From positions 178-64,177 of the forward strand of contig JAUSHI010000002.1 of NCBI GenBank assembly GCA_030648055.1: a DNA stretch of 64,000 bases. The letters are read 5' to 3'. The notes beneath the pieces were generated by a model. That model made no database searches, was not told the DNA's origin, and saw nothing but the letters and a program-made list of their open reading frames with translations. The stretch's first letter is position 1. The number at the start of each line of letters is the position of its first letter. The translations under genes were made by a program, and so were the position numbers. Positions 18,343 to 26,239 of the stretch are shown here, piece after piece. The stretch comes from a bacterium. Its GTDB lineage: Bacteria > Patescibacteriota > Minisyncoccia > Sungbacterales > SURF-37.

Positions 18343-18759
18343 TTAGCTTGGTTGGGCGGGCTGGAATACATTTATCATGTTTTGCGCTGCCATTTTAATT
18401 GAGCCGAGGAGCATCAAGATTGTTGAAAGAAATATAGTAATGCTCAAAACCGGCAGTGACTCAACAAGCGACAAGAAAAATTCTTGCCAATAAACGAGTA
18501 CTGCTTCCGGGTCGGAGAATATGAGCGACACAAAGCCGGGAAGCCCTGAAGCGGTAGATTCTGTTTTTAGCATTTGATAACTTGGTATGAATGCTATGGC
18601 TGAGATTACTAAAAGTGATAAAAAGAAAAAAGTCTGTTTTTTTGCGGTTAAGCACTTTTCGGTTTCAATTTTATTTAAAATTCTTTTTAGAAGGTCCGGC
18701 GAGGGTTCGGGAGGCATAAGTCGTGGAGCCGGATTTTTGAAGTTTTTTTGTAAGGCCAT
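18343..18759 (-). CDS. membrane protein, positional candidate anti-sigma factor
   Basis: Immediately downstream of the ECF sigma gene, with TM segments. No zinc-binding anti-sigma motif was seen, so the call rests on position only. Confidence 0.35.
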   Translation of the reverse strand: MALQKNFKNPAPRLMPPEPSPDLLKRILNKIETEKCLTAKKQTFFFLSLLVISAIAFIPSYQMLKTESTASGLPGFVSLIFSDPEAVLVYWQEFFLSLVESLPVLSITIFLSTILMLLGSIKMAAQNMINVFQPAQPS

Positions 18760-18857
18760 TGTTTATTAATACGAAAAAAGGACGCATTTTGGTGCATCCT
18801 TTTTGCGGCTAGCCGGACGTAAGGTCGGAAAGTCCGGTAAGCACTCCTATTTTAGTT

Positions 18858-19436
18858 TTACGGCGCACGTTTGTCTTTTGGTGCGTTTAGCAATTTTTTT
18901 AATGCGATTAAGGCTCTCCTGTGGTGGCTTTTAACCGTATTTAGCGGTTTGCCGAGTGTTTTTCCGATTTCGTCAAAAGTAAAGTGACTATTATAGTGCA
19001 GGCGCAGCACTTTGCGGTAAGCGGGCGGCAATTGGTTTATGGTGTTTTCCAAAAATGCCCTGTCTCCGGATTGTATAGACAGCTCGTCTGGCAACGGCAC
19101 GCTGTCGGTAAGACTTTCCAGAAGCGGATTCGCGCCTTCTTCATTTTCAAAGTCCGAGAACACCAAGCTTTGTTTTTTCCGCACGCGGTCAATTGCCGTG
19201 TTTTTGGCAATGCTGAAAAGCCATGTTCTGAAGCTTGTTTCGGGTTTATACCGTTTCAGATTTTTCCATATTTTTATGAATACTTCCTGAGTGACGTCTT
19301 CCGCATCGGTTTTAGACCGGACGTATTTATAACTAAAATTATAAATAATACGAAGATACCGCGCGATCAGTTCGCGCAAGGCCGCTTCTTCGCCGCCGAG
19401 ATACGCTTTTATCAGTTCTTCATCGTTCTTGTTCAT
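18858..19436 (-). CDS. ECF-type sigma-70 family RNA polymerase sigma factor
   Basis: Region 2 DAEDVTQEVFIKIWKNLKRY and region 4 YRKVLRLHYNSHFTFDEIGKTLGKPLNTVKSHHRRAL. Confidence 0.85.
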   Translation of the reverse strand: MNKNDEELIKAYLGGEEAALRELIARYLRIIYNFSYKYVRSKTDAEDVTQEVFIKIWKNLKRYKPETSFRTWLFSIAKNTAIDRVRKKQSLVFSDFENEEGANPLLESLTDSVPLPDELSIQSGDRAFLENTINQLPPAYRKVLRLHYNSHFTFDEIGKTLGKPLNTVKSHHRRALIALKKLLNAPKDKRAP

Positions 19437-19682
19437 GATATGCCGTAATGATAGCGTATTTTTGTTAAAATTTCAATTCAGGATAAAAAAGCATGTCCAT
19501 TTTCATTTTTTGCCGGATAGTGTAGTATCAGATTTGCGTCTATGAATCCCGTAGTGAAAGTTTGAATGGGTCGCCGCTGGCGACTAAAAATGAATCATTA
19601 TGGGGGTTAAATGGACTAAGTTTTATTGAATAAGAATTATTAACAGACGCAACTGTTCTATAATTCAAACTTCCACTACGGG

Positions 19683-20318
19683 ATGACCATCGGACAAATT
19701 CTTCGCAGCGCGAGGGAAGAAATGGGTTTTTCGGAAAAAGAAGCGGCGGACGACCTGCAGATACCGCTTAAATTTATTATTTCTCTTGAGCGTGGCGAAT
19801 GGTCAAAATTGCCGGCAAGAGTATACGCAAGAGGTTTTTTAAAAAAATACGCCGATTATCTTGAACTTAAATCGGAGGAAATTGTCAAAGAGTTTGATAA
19901 AGAACTGGCGGATGTCGCGTCTTCAGAGGTTCTGGTCGGGATTCCGGAGCAGGAGAGTGGAGGGAGATGGCTTTTGTTTTTAAATCAGCAAAAAGTTGTT
20001 CTTATTATTTTTTGCGCGGCTATTATCTTTGCCGGCGCGTATTTTTTTTATGAGTTCCGTTTTGTTATCAGGCCTCCGGAACTCACAATTACTTCGCCTG
20101 CGAAAGACGAGGTCACGGCGGGGGATTCCTTCCCGATTTCCGGCGTTATTGAAAAAGAATCCACCCTGACTCTTAACGGCAGGACGGTCTATACGAATGC
20201 GGCGGGAGAATTTAGCGATTCGGCATTGCTTTCCAAGGGTTTGAATTCGCTTGAATTTGAAGTAAAAAATCGTTTCGGCAAGACAAATAAAGTGTTAAGG
20301 TATATATTGGTTAAGTAA
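19683..20318 (+). CDS. RodZ-like HTH (XRE-type) membrane protein
   Basis: N-terminal HTH IGQILRSAREEMGFSEKEAADDLQIPLKFIISLERGEW, ARGFLKKYADYL, a central TM helix and a C-terminal beta domain. Confidence 0.7.
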   Translation: MTIGQILRSAREEMGFSEKEAADDLQIPLKFIISLERGEWSKLPARVYARGFLKKYADYLELKSEEIVKEFDKELADVASSEVLVGIPEQESGGRWLLFLNQQKVVLIIFCAAIIFAGAYFFYEFRFVIRPPELTITSPAKDEVTAGDSFPISGVIEKESTLTLNGRTVYTNAAGEFSDSALLSKGLNSLEFEVKNRFGKTNKVLRYILVK

Positions 20319-20331
20319 AGGTAAGGTATTT

Positions 20332-20521
20332 CATCCCCCGCCAATTTTGCGGGGCAGTACTGGGCGAAGCGCTTCGCCCATAAAGGGCCGCGCTATTTGC
20401 GCACGCGCTTCGCGAGAGTTATACATGGGCGCTCTCTCTAAACAATCAGCCAAATTTATTAAGGCAAAATTGGAGGGGGATGCTCATGATTGTAACTAAA
20501 TTTTATTCATTAATATTCTAA
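20332..20521 (+). promoter_or_regulatory. structured repeat element B with mini-ORF (13 codons) upstream of recA
   Basis: Arms CATCCCCCGCCAATTTTGC (20332-20350) and GCAAAATTGGAGGGGGATG (20464-20482) are complementary at 18/19. The inner perfect hairpin is GGGCGAAGCGCTTCGCCC. The mini-ORF 20480-20521 (MLMIVTKFYSLIF) ends 13 nt before the recA ATG. Confidence 0.6.
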
Positions 20522-20534
20522 AATTTAGACAATC

Positions 20535-21566
20535 ATGGCAAAAGAAGAAAAACAATCAAAAAGCAAAATACTTGAAGATACCGTTAAAGCGATTCAGGAA
20601 AGGTTTGGCGAGGGCGCGATAATGAAGCTTGGGGACGTGCGAAAGGTTGATGTGGACGTTATACCTACCGGCTCGCTTGCGCTGGATTTAGCGCTTGGTG
20701 TCGGCGGTATTCCCAGGGGGCGGGTAATTGAGATTTTTGGCCCCGAGGCCTCCGGGAAAACCACGCTTGCTTTGAACATTATCGCCCAAGCGCAGAAAAA
20801 GGGGGGGCTTGCCGCGTTCATTGACGCGGAGCACGCCCTTGACCCCGACTATGCCAAGCGCATCGGAGTAAAAGTGAACGACCTTTTGATTTCCCAGCCG
20901 GATACCGGCGAGCAGGCCCTTGAAATCGTTGATTCGCTTGTCCGTTCCGCCTCGGTTGATGTCGTGGTTATTGATTCCGTTGCGGCACTTACCCCCAAGG
21001 CTGAGATAGAGGGTGATATGGGTCAGGTGCATATAGGTCTTCAGGCGCGCTTGATGTCTCACGCCTTGCGCAAGCTCACCGCGAGTGTTGCTAAAACAAA
21101 AACTACTGTTATTTTTATTAATCAGATACGCATGCAAATTGGCATAATGTTTGGGAATCCGGAAACTACTCCAGGAGGCAAGGCGCTTAAATTTTATTCT
21201 TCGGTGAGAATTGAAGTGAGAAGAGCCGCGCAGATAAAGAAAGGCGAGGAAGTTATAGGCAACCGGGTTAACGCAAAAGTAGTCAAAAACAAAGTTGCGG
21301 CACCTTTCAGGAGGGCTGAATTTGATATTTTCTTTAATGAAGGTATCTCTCCCGAAGCGGAGCTTCTGACTCTTGGCGAAAAATATGCCATTGTAAAAAA
21401 ATCCGGCGCCTCGTTTACGTATGGCAACGTGCGGCTTGGCATGGGTTTTGACAATGCGAGAGTATTTCTTAAAGAAAATCCTAAAGTAGCGGAAGAGATC
21501 ACGAAAAAGATAAAGAGCGCGGCCTCGGGCGGAGAAGTAAAAGAAGTTAAAGAAAAGGAGGCATAG
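20535..21566 (+). CDS. recA: recombinase RecA
   Basis: [19 protein letters not shown] (Walker A), [10 protein letters not shown] and VVIDSVAAL, over the full 343 aa. Confidence 0.97.
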   Translation: MAKEEKQSKSKILEDTVKAIQERFGEGAIMKLGDVRKVDVDVIPTGSLALDLALGVGGIPRGRVIEIFGPEASGKTTLALNIIAQAQKKGGLAAFIDAEHALDPDYAKRIGVKVNDLLISQPDTGEQALEIVDSLVRSASVDVVVIDSVAALTPKAEIEGDMGQVHIGLQARLMSHALRKLTASVAKTKTTVIFINQIRMQIGIMFGNPETTPGGKALKFYSSVRIEVRRAAQIKKGEEVIGNRVNAKVVKNKVAAPFRRAEFDIFFNEGISPEAELLTLGEKYAIVKKSGASFTYGNVRLGMGFDNARVFLKENPKVAEEITKKIKSAASGGEVKEVKEKEA

Positions 21567-21603
21567 TTGTTTTCTTGTCTACGGTTTTAATTGGTTTAAA
21601 TTT

Positions 21604-23016
21604 ATGAAATTTGAAGGAGCACCACAACAGCCAACGCCAGAGGACGAACTGAAAGTTGCAAAAAAAGAAACCCCGAGCTTTATTCGTGACTTTTCCCGAG
21701 AAAATAGCGCAGATGAACGGAGAGAAATGGAAGAGAAAATTCGTGGGGAGCGGAAAAAGTATTTTGAAGGCAACAAGCAACTTGAGGAGTTAGGTCATCG
21801 AGCTGAAGAACTAAATAAGACCCTTGATACATATAATGACGCCTCGTTTTTAAGAAGGGTTAAAGACTATTTCAAACTGCGTTCTCTTAAGGCAGAACTT
21901 GGCGTAGTTACCAAGCAGGAAGAAACATTAGGAGAATCTCTCAAGAAGGATGAAGTAGATCGGTCGGCAAAAGTTGATATCCAAGGTTTTTACGAACAAG
22001 AGAGAAAGAAGTGGGAAGACGCTCCTTATTCAAAAGAAGATATTCAAAATAATTTTTCTGAAAAGAATCTAGCCTCTCTTTCAATGGAAGATTATGTCTC
22101 TCTTTTGCGCCGTTTCCCATCAGAGATGGTGACCCATGTAACTCGGCAGGGCATTCGTGATCATGCAAACCTCGTGTATCACCAGGCCGGAGTCAATTTG
22201 TTACATAATGGGTTTGCTCGAATGCTTGAGGACGGGAATCTAAAGTCGCCACTCGGAGTACATTTAGCCGAAGAGAATAAACTCCAAGCTGTGGGGAAAT
22301 TTCTTGAAGGAATACACACATTTTCCGGATATCGAAAGTTCGAGACGAAACAGGAAGCGGAAACTTATCTTGACCGATTGACTTCCCATCAGACTGTCGG
22401 CACTTATGCAGATATGTCGGCAATTCATTTTGCGGCTGAAGAAGTCGCGGATGGCTACTACGGCTCTGAGCGAGGCAATGAAGTATTTGTTGCTTTTCCG
22501 GCCGCATTTGTTGCTTCACAGTATTATTTCGGGGGTTCAGGGGAATTAGCAGAGAGACCGGACGATGCACAGCATAATGATAAATGGGTTTGGACATCGG
22601 AAGAGCGCGGTATCGATCTTGATGCGGGTATTGTGTTTATTCCGAAAAATGCTCGGGTTGATTCAAAAACCGGCTCTCGTTATCAAATTGACAGCCGGGG
22701 CAACCCGATAGTCAATGCAGAAAAAAATGGCTATAAAATATCAGAGACAACAATCAGTTCACAAGAATACTGGGAAGAATATTTAAAGCAACATCCCGAT
22801 CAGAGGCCTTCAAAGATTGTATACTATGAGGGAGATAATCCAACAAAAGCACTTAATCGCTGGAGGAAGGAGCAAGGCTTAACAAAGAAATCAAAAGAAG
22901 AGAATCTTGGTTTTAGCGAGCGGCATATCTCTCCAGATTCTGAAATTGCAACAAGCGGAATGGATCGGTTCAAGAGTTTAGCACTTGAAGCAATTGACAG
23001 AAATTTTCTCGGATAG
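21604..23016 (+). CDS. hypothetical protein (470 aa), charged coiled N-terminus plus unknown globular domain
   Basis: Long ORF with no recognisable motifs. It is co-oriented with recA and starts 38 nt after it. Confidence 0.7.
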   Translation: MKFEGAPQQPTPEDELKVAKKETPSFIRDFSRENSADERREMEEKIRGERKKYFEGNKQLEELGHRAEELNKTLDTYNDASFLRRVKDYFKLRSLKAELGVVTKQEETLGESLKKDEVDRSAKVDIQGFYEQERKKWEDAPYSKEDIQNNFSEKNLASLSMEDYVSLLRRFPSEMVTHVTRQGIRDHANLVYHQAGVNLLHNGFARMLEDGNLKSPLGVHLAEENKLQAVGKFLEGIHTFSGYRKFETKQEAETYLDRLTSHQTVGTYADMSAIHFAAEEVADGYYGSERGNEVFVAFPAAFVASQYYFGGSGELAERPDDAQHNDKWVWTSEERGIDLDAGIVFIPKNARVDSKTGSRYQIDSRGNPIVNAEKNGYKISETTISSQEYWEEYLKQHPDQRPSKIVYYEGDNPTKALNRWRKEQGLTKKSKEENLGFSERHISPDSEIATSGMDRFKSLALEAIDRNFLG

Positions 23017-23033
23017 ATATTTTTAGTTTAAAT

Positions 23034-23094
23034 ATAAAAAAATCTCCCCGAAAAGGGATTTTTTGTTATCTGAGTGCGTAGGGCACGAGGCCTA
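23034..23094. repeat. direct repeat copy 1: degenerate terminator hairpin plus the last 29 nt of rpsR
   Basis: ..TTGTTATCTGAGTGCGTAGGGCACGAGGCCTA is identical to 23241-23272. Confidence 0.85.
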
Positions 23095-23145
23095 TATTAG
23101 TTTAATAAATCCTAAGTTCTACTATTTGGTACGCAAAGAGTTTAG

Positions 23146-23181
23146 CGTCGCAACATTGACCGATCGGTCAATGTTGCGACG
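23146..23181. repeat. 36-bp perfect palindrome
   Basis: CGTCGCAACATTGACCGA|TCGGTCAATGTTGCGACG lies between the two repeat copies. Confidence 0.85.
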
Positions 23182-23209
23182 GATGAAGAACGTAACGAGA
23201 AAATATAGT

Positions 23210-23272
23210 ACAAAAAATCTCCCCAGTAAGGGGAGATTTTTTGTTATCTGAGTGCGTAGGGCACGAGGCCTA
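23210..23272. repeat. direct repeat copy 2 (functional rpsR 3' end plus bidirectional terminator)
   Basis: AAAAAATCTCCCC-AGTA-AGGGGAGATTTTTT hairpin, then the true rpsR stop region. Confidence 0.85.
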
Positions 23273-23480
23273 AGTAACGGGCGCGCTTTATCGCGGTTGA
23301 GACCTTGCGCTGGTGTTTGGCGCAGACGCCGGAGCGGAAACTTCGTGCGATTTTCATCTGGCCCGACAAAAACGGCCGGAGCGATTCTGGGTTTTTGTAG
23401 TCAACGTATTTTTGGTTTTTAGTGCAGAAAACACACTGCTTTTTATCGTTCATAAGAGTCATGGTCGTATGTGGTGTCAC
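23244..23480 (-). CDS. rpsR: 30S ribosomal protein S18
   Basis: CVFCTKNQKYVDYKN...RSGVCAKHQRKVSTAIKRARYLGLVPY. Confidence 0.88.
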   Translation of the reverse strand: MTPHTTMTLMNDKKQCVFCTKNQKYVDYKNPESLRPFLSGQMKIARSFRSGVCAKHQRKVSTAIKRARYLGLVPYALR

Positions 23481-23930
23481 TTAAAAAGGTATTTCATCGG
23501 GTTTTAATTCTTCTTCGGCATCATTCGGAGGGTATTGAACGGTGGCGACTTCTTCCGGTTCCGGGGTCTGGGAACGCGCTTCTTCTCCTTCAGCACCTCC
23601 TCCTCGCTTCGGCCCCATTTGCATGGTTTCGGCGACAATTTCTGTCCAGAATTTTTTCTGTCCTTGCTGGTCTTGCCATGACCTTGTTTGGATTCTTCCC
23701 TCTATAAATACCAGCCCGCCTTTTTTGAGGTATTGGCCGCAAATCTCGCCAAGCCGCCCCCAGGCGACGATATTATGAAATTCAACTTGGGATTTTTGTT
23801 CTCCGGAAGGGCTTTTCCATACCCTATTGGTAGCAACACCAAAAGAGGCAACTGATTGTCCCGATGGAGTATGCCGGAGTTCAGGATCGCGCGTTACGTT
23901 GCCGAGAACAAAAGCTTTGTTGAAATTCAT
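23481..23930 (-). CDS. ssb: single-stranded DNA-binding protein
   Basis: MNFNKAFVLGNVTRDPELRHTPSG...FHNIVAWGRLGE and the acidic tail ..DEIPF. Confidence 0.92.
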   Translation of the reverse strand: MNFNKAFVLGNVTRDPELRHTPSGQSVASFGVATNRVWKSPSGEQKSQVEFHNIVAWGRLGEICGQYLKKGGLVFIEGRIQTRSWQDQQGQKKFWTEIVAETMQMGPKRGGGAEGEEARSQTPEPEEVATVQYPPNDAEEELKPDEIPF

Positions 23931-23973
23931 AATTTATTTTTGAGCGTTAGCCGTTAAATTTATTAGCCCCCCT

Positions 23974-24411
23974 TTATTTTCCTAAAATTTCTTCCAGCCG
24001 TTTATTGAGTTCTTCCATGTTCACTTTTTCTTCGCCCGCGGTCGGGGTCTCATCTGGTTTTGCGAGAGCCACAGGGGCTTGCGGCCGTAAAATTCTTGTT
24101 CTGACCGGCTCCTCTTCCGCCTCAACTATAAGATAGCGCATGATTGCTTTTTCAAGTTTCAATTTTTTTTCAAAATCAGCCAGGGCTTCTGGTTTTACCG
24201 TAAAACGAGTCCAACCGAAATAAGCATCGCGGGATTTGTTGATGGGGTAGGCAAGCCGTATTTGTTTAGGCTCGGCAATGTGGTCAATAAGCCCATTAGC
24301 CGTGTCTTGGATAAAACCGGTTATTTTGCCGGCCTCGCCGAAAACTTCCTCCTCCTTTGTTTTTGGGGAAATGAGATAGGCAATTTCGTATTGTTTTCCT
24401 TCAATATCCAT
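23974..24411 (-). CDS. rpsF: 30S ribosomal protein S6 (extended C-terminus)
   Basis: YEIAYLISP...IRLAYPINKSRDAYF..MRYLIV, in the rpsF-ssb-rpsR gene order. Confidence 0.85.
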   Translation of the reverse strand: MDIEGKQYEIAYLISPKTKEEEVFGEAGKITGFIQDTANGLIDHIAEPKQIRLAYPINKSRDAYFGWTRFTVKPEALADFEKKLKLEKAIMRYLIVEAEEEPVRTRILRPQAPVALAKPDETPTAGEEKVNMEELNKRLEEILGK

Positions 24412-24512
24412 ACTTCGGCAATGCTAACATATTTTATTTTCGGGCACAAGACAGATATACTCGCGCCCAAAAAGCAATTGCTGGTTATTATAGAAGCCAA
24501 GCGTAGGTCTTT

Positions 24513-25613
24513 TTAAATTCTGAATTCAACAACGTCTCCGTCCTCTACTATATACTCTTTGCCTTCAGTTTTTATCCATCCAAGTTCGCGGGCTTTCGCC
24601 ATTGAGCCCGCTTCAATAAGTTTTTGGTATGGAATTATTTCCGCACGGATGAATTTTTCTTCAAAATCCGAGTGGATGGCGCGCCCAGCTTTCGGCGCGG
24701 GCGAGCCTTTTTGTACAGTCCACGCTCTTGTCTCGTCTTCTCCGGTGGTTAGAAATGTCATTAAGTTGAGTGTTTTGTAACTCAAGCGTATAAGTTGATT
24801 GAGCCCCGATTCTTTAAGGCCGAGATCCAGCAAATATTCTTTTCTTTCTTCCGGTTCAAGCGAATTGAGCTCGTCTTCGGTTTTAGCCGAAATAAGAAGC
24901 TGTGGTTCTACGCCTATTTTTTGAAGTAGTTCGTCGTCGGGTTGCCAGTGTTCTTTGGCCTGTTTTTCGGAGCCGTTCAATATAAAAATGCGTGGTTTAG
25001 CGGTTAAAAGCGATAATTCATTTAGGAATATTTTTGATTCTTTTGTGGCAAGGTCAACACCGGTTTTTTTAAGAATTTCGGAGGCGCGCATTCCGTTTTC
25101 TAATCCCGTTTTTAATTCACCGAGAAGTTCTTTTTGCGTTATCGCGAATTTATTTCCAGCCCTCGCTTCTTTCTCAATTGAGGTAAGCCGCGAAGTCACT
25201 GTTTCAACGTCTTTGAAAATCAGTTCAAGCTCTATAATTTCAATATCGCGTACGGGGTTTATGGCGTTTTCCACATGTATTATTTCGCTGTCTTCAAACA
25301 CGCGGACGACTTCCGCGATCGCGTCTACTTCTTTAATATGCGAAAGGAATTTATTGCCGAGCCCTTCGCCTTCAGCCGCCCCCTTAACGAGTCCCGCAAT
25401 GTCAACAAATTCAACAACCGCGCTAATTTTTTTCTTTGAGCGGGAAAGTTCCGCGAGCTTATCCACCCGTTCGTCGGGAACCTCAACAATGCCGATATTC
25501 GGCTCGATGGTAACGAAAGGATAGTTATCAATATTTATTTGTTTTTTGGTGAGCGCCCTGAAGAGCGTGGATTTGCCCACATTCGGCAGGCCGACAATTC
25601 CAATTTTGAGCAT
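24513..25613 (-). CDS. ychF: ribosome-binding ATPase YchF
   Basis: [22 protein letters not shown]...[11 protein letters not shown] and the C-terminal TGS region [29 protein letters not shown]. Confidence 0.92.
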   Translation of the reverse strand: [366 protein letters not shown]

Positions 25614-25676
25614 ATGTAAATTCTAATAAAAAAGTCAGTGGCATTCCACTGACGGAGTTAGCAGGTGGGGAAGATT

Positions 25677-25961
25677 TTACCATGAACATCTGGCACCAAG
25701 GGACAATTGCTCTGTGATTTCAGTAACCAGCATTTTTACTCCATATCTAAATTCAAAACGGAAACCACAGCTTGAGCAAAAAAGTCCGGCGCGGTAAATT
25801 CCGCCATAGACCTTGTTACTGATGCGAAAATTCATCTTCGTGGGGTCCATATAACGTCCATACTCGGCTGGGTACTCCATGCAATGATGTATAGCCATCG
25901 GAATATTATCGCTTGGGAAGGCCACCTCAACCGTTCCGCTTCTGAAGTTAAATTTTTCCAT
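25677..25961 (-). CDS. small hypothetical protein (94 aa)
   Basis: The ATG at 25961 (MEKFNFRSG..) is preceded by GGAGGGGG. Four Cys residues. Confidence 0.5.
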   Translation of the reverse strand: MEKFNFRSGTVEVAFPSDNIPMAIHHCMEYPAEYGRYMDPTKMNFRISNKVYGGIYRAGLFCSSCGFRFEFRYGVKMLVTEITEQLSLGARCSW

Positions 25962-26239
25962 TTTGTTCCCCCTCCATTTGTAAAGTGAAAGTGCCACATT
26001 TAGCTTATCATTATATTTGGTGTTGTCAAACCCATGTATGCATCCAGCCCTCTCAATTTATTATTTTTATCATTTCATTCAGTCAAAATTAACCGATAGG
26101 AATTTTTTGACTGAATAGGGCGCAAAGGGTGCAAGAAGAAAACGCGGTCAACATGAATGAGAAAAAGTGGCCAACATGAGAGAGGCGGCTGTCAAAGTCA
26201 GTATATATGTTGTCGGGCAAAGTGCGGTATAATATAAAT

